64,000 nt of DNA from Sphyrna mokarran. Its lineage: Eukaryota. The stretch spans positions 4,092,001 to 4,156,000 of the forward strand of contig JAGIQG010000040.1 in assembly GCA_024679065.1 (NCBI GenBank), given 5' to 3'. A program made the position numbers and the translations under genes. Shown piece after piece: positions 25,300-36,177 of the stretch. Position 1 is the stretch's first letter. Every line of letters begins with the position of its first letter. The notes under the pieces are model-generated. The model searched no databases. It was given only the letters and a program-made list of their open reading frames with translations, and was not told the DNA's origin.

Positions 25300-25810
25300 A
25301 GGATCCGACAGGAAATGGCAACTGGTTTGGGGGAAGAGGGAGAGAGTGATGACTGAAGAGGGAGTTAGATGTCGACGAATACAGATGAGGTGAGTAGGTG
25401 AGAGACACAATTTAAATCAGAGAAGATAGTATAACGATTGAGAGAGTGAGAGACACAGGGATGTATTCAGGGATAAGCTTTGATGCGATAAAAGAAAGGG
25501 AGAAATAACGTAAGAGCAGAGAGATGAGGCGAATGACGAAGACACTAGATGATGGAGGGAGAGCAGAGCCGAGAAATGGAGGGTTGGGGGAGAGAGACAG
25601 AGTGAGCAAGGACAGCCGGGCCAATGGAGGGAGAACGATGTGAGGGAGGCACGTTAGAACCATGGAGGGGTAGATGCTGAAAGGGAGAAGGAACAGGCGA
25701 CGGGAATAGAGATGGCACAAAAGAGGAGGCACAGGGCGATGGAGAGAGAGAGAGATGAAGTGAAAGAGGAGGGATGGGAAAAGAAGTTGGTGGATGATGG
25801 ACGTGGGAAA
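25300..25810. repeat. GA-rich low-complexity tract
   Basis: Polypurine composition. Confidence 0.75.
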
Positions 25811-25819
25811 GTTTGTGTA

Positions 25820-27030
25820 GGTAGTTTGAGTCATGTTGAGATCAAAAACGAGAAGATATTGGGGGTTTTGAGAAACATTGAGATAGGCAAGTCCCGAGGG
25901 CCTGATGGGATATCCCACAAAAAACTGAGAGAGGCAATGAAGGGAATTACTGGGACCTTGAGATAAATCTTTAAATTCTCACTAGCTACAGGGGAGGGCC
26001 CATATGATTGGAGAATAGCCAACGTTGTTGCTTTGTTTAAGAAGGGTGTCAAGAATAATCCAGGTAATATCAGGCTGGTGAGCCTTACATAAGCGATAGG
26101 GAAATTATTAGGGAGAATTCTTCATGATAGGATTACTCTCACTTGGAAATAAGTGGACTTATTAGCGGGAGGCACCATGGATTTGTGAAGGGGTGGTCAT
26201 GTCACACTAACTTGATCGAGTTTATCGAGGAAGTGGCGAAGATGATTTATAAGGGTAGGGCAGAGGATATTGCCTACGTTGACTTCATTAAGGCCTTTGA
26301 CTAGGTACCTCATGGCAGACTGGTGCAGAAGGTAATGTCACATGGGATCAGACGTGAGCTTGCAAGGTGGTTACAGAACTGGCTCAATCCTAGAAGATAC
26401 AGGGCAGTAGTGGAAGGGTGTGTTTCTAATGGAGGGCTGTGACAACTAGTATTCCTCAGGGATCAGAACTGGGACCGTAGCTTTTCATAACACATATAAA
26501 TGATTTGGAGAAAAACTGGTTTGTTCAGTAAGTTTGTGGGTGACACAAGAGATTGGTGGATTTGTGGCTAGCAATGAGAACCATCAGAGAATACAGCAGG
26601 ATATAGATCGAGTGGAGAGATGGCAGATAGAGTTTAATCTGGATAAATGTAAGGTGATGCATTTTGCAAGGTGTAATAAAAATAGGAACTATGCAATAAA
26701 TGGCACAATCCTTTAGAGTATTGAAAGGCAGAATGATTTCAGTGTACAGTACACACGTCACTGAAAGAGACAACACAAGTGGAGAAGATAGTTAAGAAGG
26801 CATATGACATGTTTGCCTTCATCGGCCGGGGTACTGAGTTTAAAAATTTGCAAGTCATGTCGCGACCTTATAGAAACCTAGTTAGGCCGCACATGGAATA
26901 TGGTGTTCAATTCTGGTTACCATACTAAGGATGTGGAAGCTTCGGACAGGGTACAGAAATGATTTACCAGGATATTGCCTGGCATTAGCTATGAGGTAAG
27001 GTTGGAGAATCTTGAGTTGTTCTCACTAGA
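25820..27030 (+). mobile_element. Decayed CR1-type LINE ORF2 fragment
   Basis: KSRGPDGI, WQIEFNLDKCKVMHF motifs. Confidence 0.85.
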
Positions 27031-28901
27031 GAATAATTCCAACCAGTTATATCAAATGTTTGTAGTTATTCAACATTTAAGTTCAATACGTTTATTTAAT
27101 ACAGATATCCTGTCCTGTAATTTCTTTTTTTCTTTGTTTTTTGTTGGGGCGATGGAGGGACATTTGGGGCGACTGGGTTAGAAAAGTTGTGCAGAATGGA
27201 GAAACTCGCCGAGGGAGGGAGGGATGGTAGGCAGCAAGGAGAAATCGAGTCACGAAGGGGGAGTAGGATGAATCAGTGAGAAACGAGGCAAATTGCAGAG
27301 AGACAGGACAAGGGTGGCAGAGGCATGGTGGCACTGTTAGTACTGCTGTTTCACAGCGCCCAGGTCCCAGGTTCAATTCCAGCATCTGCGTGAAACCATA
27401 TAAGCTTCCCTTACCCTACCCCCAATATCTTAATGACTTAGACGTTCCACCCCAGGTAGCAATCTGCTCAATTTTTTCTGCACTCCCTTCCACTGCAACC
27501 ACATACTTTCTAATATGTGGTGTTCAGAACTGCACACACTGCGGTCTCACGAAAGTTGACTACGACTCCAAGATGACATCTCTGCTTTTGTAATTTATGT
27601 CTCAATAGATAAAGGCAAGTGTCCCAAATGTCTTTTTTCCGACTATTGTATCCTTCCATCAGCAGAGATTTAGGGACAAACGCCCCAAGGTCCATTTGTT
27701 CCAAGAACTTCCAGGTGTCATGCCGTTCATTGAAAGCTTCTTTGTCAACTTACTCCTAATAAAGAGCATCACCTCAATTTTCATATTTAAATTCCATCTG
27801 TCACTCATTTGACCTCCCATCTATGTCGTTTTGTAAACCAATATATTTTACCTGACTGAAGCCAAACTGTGAACATATTCTCACTCATCCATGACATGTT
27901 GGGGCTTATTTCAAGCCTAAATATTCCACGTGGATTAATGACTCTGAAACTGTTTCGCAAACCCACAATTATATCTTTGTTCACTTCATGATTTCCAGCA
28001 ACTTGCTGTTCGTAAAATGGAAGCCTTAATACAGAAACCTCTTGTACAGTGCAATGAGACCATGCATTAATTATACTGTGACGGGTAGAATGGGTATGGA
28101 AGGATATGGGCCAAAAGCAGGCAATTGCGATTAGCTTAGAGGTTTTAAAAAAGGCAGCAAGGACAAGTTGGGCCGAAGGGTCTGTTTCCATGCTGTAAAC
28201 CTCTATGAATCTATGACTGTGCACAGACAGTGATCCGCGAAATTTAACCTGAGTCACTGAAGGTGTGAGCCACCAGTGCTAACCTCTGTGTCATCTTGCC
28301 GCCCTTTCTACCTGCATTCAATTTTGCAATAGCCCACCACATTTAAAGAGCAGTTTTGGTATCAACTATAGACCGGTGATGGACTATCATTGATAATTCT
28401 GCTGAATAACCTGAACTTATCATCGTTAAATGACATGGGTTCCAATCCGACGTTGTGTGCCATTGTTTTTAAACCTTGCTACTTTCTGGGTGAACTCCAG
28501 CTCTCCATTCATTACGTAATGTCACCGCTCAAACTGAGTCTTTCTCCATTCCTCGCTGTTAATCGCATACTTTCTGGTTACTGAGTGAAAACTGTCTCTA
28601 TTTCGCTGGAGGTCAAAGAGTTCATTGTTTAATTCTGTTAAAGGTTTTCTTGTCACCGAGCCCAAGATTTGGACCCAGATTTGCTAGATATTTGTGTCAG
28701 TGGAAACAAAAAAATCTACCCTATTAACAGCCAGAATTTACCCTGCATCACCACCTAAATCCTCAGCGGTCTGTAGCCTATTCTCTCTTTTGTTTTGTTC
28801 TTTACATGTGACATTTCCAATTCAGACACAAAAGAGTATATTTCTGTTATACTGATTCTGGCCAGGAAGTAACGCAGGATGTTTATACAGCATAAAGCTA
28901 C

Positions 28902-28973
28902 TTTGTGGACCGGGGATGGAACCCAGGCCCTGGTTGTGAAAGCGCTGAATTTTAACTATCAGGCTACCAAGGA
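28902..28973 (-). tRNA. tRNA-Glu(TTC)-derived pseudogene
   Basis: Minus strand tccttggtagcctgatagttaaaattcagcgcTTTCAcaaccagggcctgggttccatccccggtc aligns to vertebrate tRNA-Glu; acceptor stem broken. Confidence 0.75.
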
Positions 28974-29649
28974 AGTTGATACAAGATTCTTAAACGTATG
29001 TAATCATGAACCATATGCCTTTTATTTTTATTTGTGATGTTTTATTCACCAAAAACGAAGTTCTCCTTTAAATATTCATGTTTAGATCGAACACAAGTGA
29101 CTGTATCAGCCATCGAAAAATAGTGATTCCTGTCAACTGAAGCATGAAATGGACAGTGAGGTGAAATGGTCCCGCAAGCTACTCACGTGACACTTTCAAT
29201 TTCCAAAACCCGCCAACCTCATCACTGTGGCTCTCTTGAAATTTACAAGGTGGATCTTATACACGAGATACATCGATGATTTTTTTTTTCCTTTGGACTC
29301 ACGGCAGGCATTCGTTGCGGAGGGCAACTGACACAAGTCATTTACCAAACAATATCATATCACTTCTCTTCCTGTTTCTGTCCCTTCTTCTCATTCACCT
29401 CTCTCTCGCTGCCAAGCTCTCAGGATCAGTTTAACTGCTTGATATACACACAGAGACAGTTGGTGAACCCGAGCTTTACTTGGAAAGCAGGAAAAGCGAA
29501 TATGTGGCACACGGCATTGAGAGGAAATGGAGTTTAGAGATGACAGTACAAAGAGACACAGATATCTCATTTTCCTCATCCAGTTGCTGATTGCAGGAAT
29601 GTATACAATGTCGATTACTACTTCCACATACGGAGTAGTGTTTGCAGTT

Positions 29650-31065
29650 TGGATCTTATACACGAGATACATCGATGATTTTTTTTTCCTTTGGACTCAT
29701 GGTGAACAATCAGTGAAACAATTATATGATGAAATCAACAAGTTCCACCCCACCATCAGACTCATCATGCAGTGTTCTCCAGAAACGGTTGCATTCTTGG
29801 ACATACGAACCTCCATCAAGGACGGTCACCTCAGCACCTCACTGTACCGCAAGCCGACAGATAACCTTATAATGCTCCACTTCTCCAGCTTCCATCCTAA
29901 ACACGTTAAAGAGGCCATCCCCTACGGACAACGCAGGATCTGCTCAGATAAGGAGGATCGTTACAGACACCTCCAGACACTGAAAGATGCCCTTATAAGA
30001 ACAGGATATGGCGCTCGACTCATCAATTGACGATTCCGATGCGCCACAGCGAAAAACCGCACCGACCTCCTCAGAAGACAAACACGAGACAGAGTACCCT
30101 TCGTCGTCCAGTACTTCCCCGGGGCAGAGAAGCTCCGACATCTTCTCCAGAGTCTTCAACATATCATTGATAAAGACGAACATCTCGCCAGGTCCATCCC
30201 CGCATCCCCACTTCTTGCCTTCAAACAACAGCACAACCTCAAACAGACCATTGTTCGCAGCAAACCACCCAGCCTTCAGGAGAACAGTGACCGCAACACC
30301 ACACAACCCTGCCACAGCAACCTCAGCAAGACATGGCGGATCATCGATATGGATGACATCATCACACGTGAGAACACCATCCACCAGGTACACGGTACAT
30401 ACTCTTGCAACTCGGCCAACGCTGTCTACCTGATACGCTGCAGGAAAGGATGTCCTGAGACATGGTATGTTGGGGAGACCATGCAGATGCTACGACACGG
30501 ATGAATGAACACCACTTGACAATCCCAGGTAAGTGTTCTCTTGCTATTGGCGAACACTTCAGCGGTCACGGGTGTTCGGCCTCTGATCTTCGGATAACGT
30601 TTTCAAGGCAGCCTTCAAGACATATGACAAGGCAAAGTCGTTGAGCAGAGACTGATAACAAAGTTCCGCACACATGAGGATGGCCTCAACCGAGATCTTG
30701 GGTTCATGTCACACTGTCTGTCATCTCCATGATTTGCCTGAACTTGCAACATCTCACTTACTGTCCTGTCTGGGGAAATATCTGTTTAACCTATGCTTAA
30801 TACTATCTCCACTCATATTGTCTGCAGCTTTAGACTTGAATAGCAAATTAGCTGCAAAGACTCACATTCTAATCAGTATTCTGTAAACTGTGTGTGCCTT
30901 CATATGCCCTGTTTGCGATCAAAATACTCCATTCACTTGACGAAGGAACAGCTTTCAGAAAGCTAGTGGCGATTCCTACCAAATTAACCTGTTAGACTTT
31001 AACCTGGTGTTGTGTGGCTTCTGACTGTGTTTACCCCAGTCTAACGCTGGCATCTCCACATCATG
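29650..31065 (+). mobile_element. 5'-truncated Penelope-like element (RT C-half, GIY-YIG, pLTR)
   Basis: RYIDDFFFLWTHG, FHPTI, FLDI, LYRKPTD PLE RT motifs; GIY-YIG-like region ~30420-30500; hammerhead-like core ~30937. Confidence 0.92.
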
Positions 31066-31199
31066 ACCAACCCCCGATCCAAAGAGATTTGAACGATTAT
31101 GGTCAGTATATCTGCTAATTGCACCGTTACAGTCCTCAGCAACCCTCATACATCCCACCCATACCAAATAAATCATTAACTTGATTGTGATGCAGAATG

Positions 31200-31568
31200 C
31201 TTTAAGTTGAAAGAGGTTAACTGAACTTGTTTGTTCAGTGACTGTAATTAATGTCTGACTCCGTGGACCGTAATTGCGTTCTGGAGGGTTTCACTCTTCT
31301 ATTAATAAGGTACTCTTTTCAATGGGAATATCAACTCTGGCACTCTCACCTCGAGTGAGGAGGAGAGGAGAGTTCAGAAACTGAGAATAGATTCCAACAA
31401 CGGATCAGAATCCGAGAACAATAGATTGGAATCTTCCTACAATCGATGGAGATTCCCTCTTGAACATTATCGAGCTGATCGACGTTCAGAGACAATTGGC
31501 TTGCCAGCTCAACGATACATATATGCAAGATGGATGTTATCCAATCTTAGCTATCGTTAGTGTCCCTG
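31200..31568 (+). pseudogene. Orphan paralogous promoter and first exon of a GPR139-like gene
   Basis: (ACG)DQNPRTIDWNLPT...MQDGCYPILAIVSVP G|gcaagt; upstream and intronic flanks similar to 35960-36500. Confidence 0.8.
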
Positions 31569-32109
31569 GCAAGTTTCTCTGTCCAGTTATTTCTTCCATA
31601 AACCCTGCTGAACTGAGTTATTTTTCTGTTTATTCACACTTTGAAAAGAATGAATTCATTCTCTTCAGCTCCAATCACTAATTTCATTGCCAATTCCATG
31701 GCTCCATGCCTTTCTCTAGCTACTATCTGAAATGTTCACAACCACGAATCTGCCTCTGACTCTGACTGGATTTCCAACCCTATATTCTCTCAATCTCAAA
31801 TCCTGTCCACAACCACCTCCATAATATCACAAACCCCCACTTCTGCCTCTGTCCAGCCTCTGAATAAACCTCCATCTCTTGGCCAATATTCTCTTGCTTG
31901 CTCGGACACCTGCTGACTATGGCAAAGTCTGCAAGGATAACAGGATACAAGATGAAGGCATGTAAATTCGCTGGTGTCATGCACCCCTCCCAGTCTTTGC
32001 CCGTTTTAGTAAGAAGTCAGCGAGAGTATGCCTTCCATGCTCGGATGAAATTGTATCTGAAGTCAGCATTGCAGATGTGAGAGCAGCTTTCTCAAATGTC
32101 AGCCCATAG

Positions 32110-32640
32110 ATAAGAAACCCATCGACGCCTGTACAGTCTCAGAAGAGTAAGGAAATTTGGCACGAGATCTACGACTCTCACCAAGTTTTACAGATACACT
32201 ATAGAAAGTATTCCTTCTGGTTGTACCACAGCTTAGACCAATTCCTGCTGTGTTGGAGCCCACAAGAAGCTACAAAACGTTGTAAGCGTTGCCCAATACA
32301 TTACGCAAACCATCCGTTGACTTTGTCTACATGTCCTACTGCCCCGAAAAAGCAGCCAGCATAATTAAGGACATAATGTTTCGTGAATAAGATACAAAAG
32401 TCTGAGGTCATGTACCAGCCGACTCAAGAACAGCTTCTTCCCAGCTGCCATCTTTCGAATGCAGCTACCTTATATTAAGTTGAGCTTCTGTACATCCTAG
32501 CTATGACTGTAGCACGACATTCTGCACGCTCTCTTTTCACTCTCTGTGAACAGTATGTGTGTCTGTATATTGCGTAAGAAAGAATACTTTTCACTATGCA
32601 CCAATACATGTAACAATAATGTATCAAGTCAAGTAAAATC
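32110..32640 (+). mobile_element. Rex/Babar-type LINE 3' fragment
   Basis: Reverse-complement similarity to 13620-14200. Confidence 0.75.
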
Positions 32641-33461
32641 ACAACCCTGCTGTAGCGAGGTCAGAGATTTCACTACCCATTGTGTGAAAAAAATGCCACT
32701 CTGGACACTTTTTTATTTCTCCCATCTCACCTTAAACCTGTGCCCTCTAGTTTTAGATTCCCCTACATTTGGGAAAAGATATTGACTATCTTGCTAACCT
32801 GTGCCGCTCATTATTTTATAGACCTTTGTAAGACCACCCCTCAGCCTCCTACGCTCCAGAGGAAAAAGTCCCAGTCTATTCATCCTCTTCTTATAACTCA
32901 GTCCATCAAGTCCCGGTAGCATGCTAGTAAATCTTTTTCTGCATTCTTTCTAGTTTACTATTATCCTTTCTATAATAGGATGACCACTGCCACACACAGT
33001 ATTCCAGCTGTGGCCTTACCAGTGACTTGTGCAGCGTCAACAAGATGTTCCAATTCTTTTGCAAGTTTGCAGTTCTCGCCATCTCGCGTGTGTTTCGTCT
33101 GAATGTTCCGGTTTCCTTTCCAAAGTTGTGCGGGTAAAGTTTTTGACCATGCTAATTTGACCCTAGTGACAGTGGGACTAGCAGAGTAAGTGTGTGGGTT
33201 TATGGGAATAGAGCATGAGTGGGATTGTGGCCGGTGCAGACTCAATGTGTCATAGAACAGTGATTCGATAAGACGATATCATTATTCATTTTGACTGGAA
33301 AAATCAAGAGTAGCAATGCAAATATAAAGTGTGGTAGGTAATCGACGGGATTGTGGAATGGGCCGGATTCTTCTCTCTGCTGTTGAAACTGGCACCAATA
33401 TCACCCGTGTTTTTGATCAGGAAGCATCTCCATTTAAATCATCTGCTGCAAAAAATGTTCA

Positions 33462-33527
33462 TTCCCTGCCCGGGAATCGAACCGCTGCAGTGAATGCGCC
33501 AAATCGTAACCACTGGGCTACCAAGGA
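33462..33527 (-). tRNA. tRNA-Glu(TTC)-derived pseudogene with a short internal deletion
   Basis: Minus strand tccttggtagcccagtggttacgatttggcgcaTTCactgcagcGGTTCGATTCCcgggcagggaa. Confidence 0.75.
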
Positions 33528-33654
33528 AACTGCCTCCAACGTTTTTGAATCTAATCTATCCATGTTACTTGGCGCTTTGTTTCTATTTTAGCATTTCTTT
33601 ATGAGCACCAGTGATAAATCTCTTCGTGAAACACCTCTTGATATAAACAAATTT

Positions 33655-34290
33655 ATTGCGGAGGCTGGAATCTGAAACAAAAACAGAAAATGCTGGAAAA
33701 CCTCAACAGGTCTGAAAGTGCCTGTGAAGGGAGAATAAAGCTAACGTTCAAAGTCTGAATAATCATTCGTCAGAGTTGAAAACAAAGAAATTTGGACGAG
33801 ATTTATATTGTAATGGTGAGGGATACATGTGTGGGGTAAGTAACAAAGGTGTCACATATAAATACAAAAACAAGGGAATTTTTTTGTATTTATATGTGAC
33901 ATCTTTGTGCGAAGAAAAGGGCTACTGATTGCCCATTAAGAGATCAGAGTGTGTAAATAGCAGGACAAAGGAAGTGTCAGAAGCTGCCTGAGTGTGGTAG
34001 AGGGAGAGGAAGCAATAAGATGGAAAGTGAGATCTTGAGTAAACAATGGAAATTAAATAATAATAAGGTACGAAATAGTAAAAAAAATGACTAAATAAGA
34101 TAAATAAAATAAAACAAAAATAAAAGGAAATGGGGTGATAATTGGGGAGAAGAGATGCTCTGAAGTTGTTGAATTCAGTGTTCAGTCCGGAAGGCAGAAA
34201 GTATTGAATCGGGAGATCGGACAATGTTCCTCTAGTTTGCACTGGAGTGCCTCTTGATATATTGCTTGACGCCCCTTCCATCAGGTTCCT
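33655..34290 (-). mobile_element. Penelope-like element 3' end (second family)
   Basis: PSGLNTEFNNFR C-terminus; minus-strand CTGACGAA core near 33770; related + strand fragment at 43200-43410. Confidence 0.65.
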
Positions 34291-34377
34291 GATGATCAAG
34301 ACTCGACTGGTGATAATTGCCGGTGTTGGATTTGACCTTCGTGAGTTGTGTGTAAGGTTCACACACCTTCCACCTTC

Positions 34378-34476
34378 CACACACCTAACGAAGGAATACC
34401 GTTTCCGAAAGCTTGTGGGATTACTATCAAATAAACTGGTTAGACTTAAACCTGGTGTTGTGAGACTTTTTATTGT
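34378..34476 (+). mobile_element. Penelope pLTR remnant
   Basis: 'ctaacgaaggaataccgtttccgaaagcttgtgg...cctggtgttgtgagact'. Confidence 0.75.
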
Positions 34477-35134
34477 ATTCACATTGATACACGCTGACAG
34501 TGTAGAAAATATCTTTGGATTGTAATATAACCTTAGTGATGGGAGTTCGGTGTGTGAACAGCGTATCTGCCCCTCTGGCAGCGGCAGATACGGGCTGTGT
34601 GATTGTATGCAGATTTTGAAAAAAAAATCTATTGCAAAGATGTTTACAATTGCAAGAGGTTATCTTCTGATTAAAAATATAGAAATAGCATTTAATCTCC
34701 GGTTTAAAACCAAAACTGCTGAATGTCAATATGAGATAGGCACTCAGTGGATTTTATAATCACAGAATCGGAGAATTGTGCTGCCTGGATGGAATCGATT
34801 GTCTACTGTGCATTACTGTCTTTGAAAGAAATATTGGATTTTGTTTCTGGCATCTCTTCTTTGACTACAGCTCTGAAGATCCCACCTCACACACCCAAAA
34901 CCCATCAGTATATGCAATCTCCTTTTGAAGATTTCCAGTGTACCTTCAATGACATATTCCATATTAAAGTAGTATAGTTTAACAACATTCTATTAATCTC
35001 CATTCAGGATATTTTACCAGTTATTGTAAACTTTGGAACTATTCCTTATCCAGTTTTGCCTTACTCTCTCAAAGCTCAATGTTAATTTGAATTAAATTTC
35101 CCGTTCGCCATCATGGATTAAAGAATGCTTTCTA

Positions 35135-35660
35135 TGGCGCACTTGTAGAAATTGATGGGAGTTGTAGCGGACGTGCCAAATTTCCCGAGTCTGCTCAGAA
35201 AGTAGACGCGTTGGTGGAATTTCTTAACCATAATTTTAACATCAAGGAACAGGACAGGTTGTTGATGATCTGGATACTGAAAAACTTGAAGTTCTCAACC
35301 ATTTCTATTTCGTCCCCACTGATTAGACAGGGGCATGCCCTCCAACGTGCTTCCTAAAGTCTATGAATACCTCTTTCGTTTTGTTCACGTTGACAGAGAG
35401 ACTATTGTTGTCACATCAGTTCACCAGACTCTCTATCACTTTCCTATACTTTGTCTCATCGTTGTTTGAGTCCAGACCTACAAAGGGGGTGTCATAAGCA
35501 AATATGAAAATCAAGTTGGATGTGGAATATGTGGTAAAGGTATATAAGGAGTTTAGTAAAGGGCTAAAGACATAGCCTTGCGGAGCACCAGCGTTGAGGA
35601 TAATAGTAGAGGTGGTATTGTTTGCCGATCCTTCCTGAGTGTGGTTTGCAGGTTAGAATG
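35135..35660 (-). mobile_element. Rex/Babar-type LINE fragment
   Basis: Colinear similarity to 14080-14600. Confidence 0.7.
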
Positions 35661-36177
35661 TCTCGGATTTAAAGCAAGAAGCAAAAATTTCTGTCCTCTG
35701 TTGTGGCGTCTCGTGATTTCTTCATGGCTAATATTGCGTTGATACATTTTCAGTAGCCGGTTTTACCGCCTTTTGCTTTTTAAAGCGAGTTGGAGCATTT
35801 CCAACCTCCATTCCTTTGATACCATTCCCATATTTATTGAGGATGGAGTGATTATGGTACGGCCCCACCATTATTTCCATTATTCCTGCCGTTAGCCTCT
35901 TGTGTGCTATGCAGATGGCATATAGCTTCTACAATATTATTATATAAATAGGTTTTGGATTGAAAAAAGTTAACAGATCTTCTTTGTTCAGTGAATGTGA
36001 CTAATGCTAGTCTCAGTAGAACCTGAATGTGGCACCAGGGATGTTCCCATTTCTATTGATAAGGGACCTCTTTCAGCACAATAGCGTGAGCGGGTACGTC
36101 ACCTCCAACATTGAAAGAGATCCGCAGCCTCACAATGAGGAGCAGAAGAAGTCAGAATCTAAGAGCAATAGATTGAA

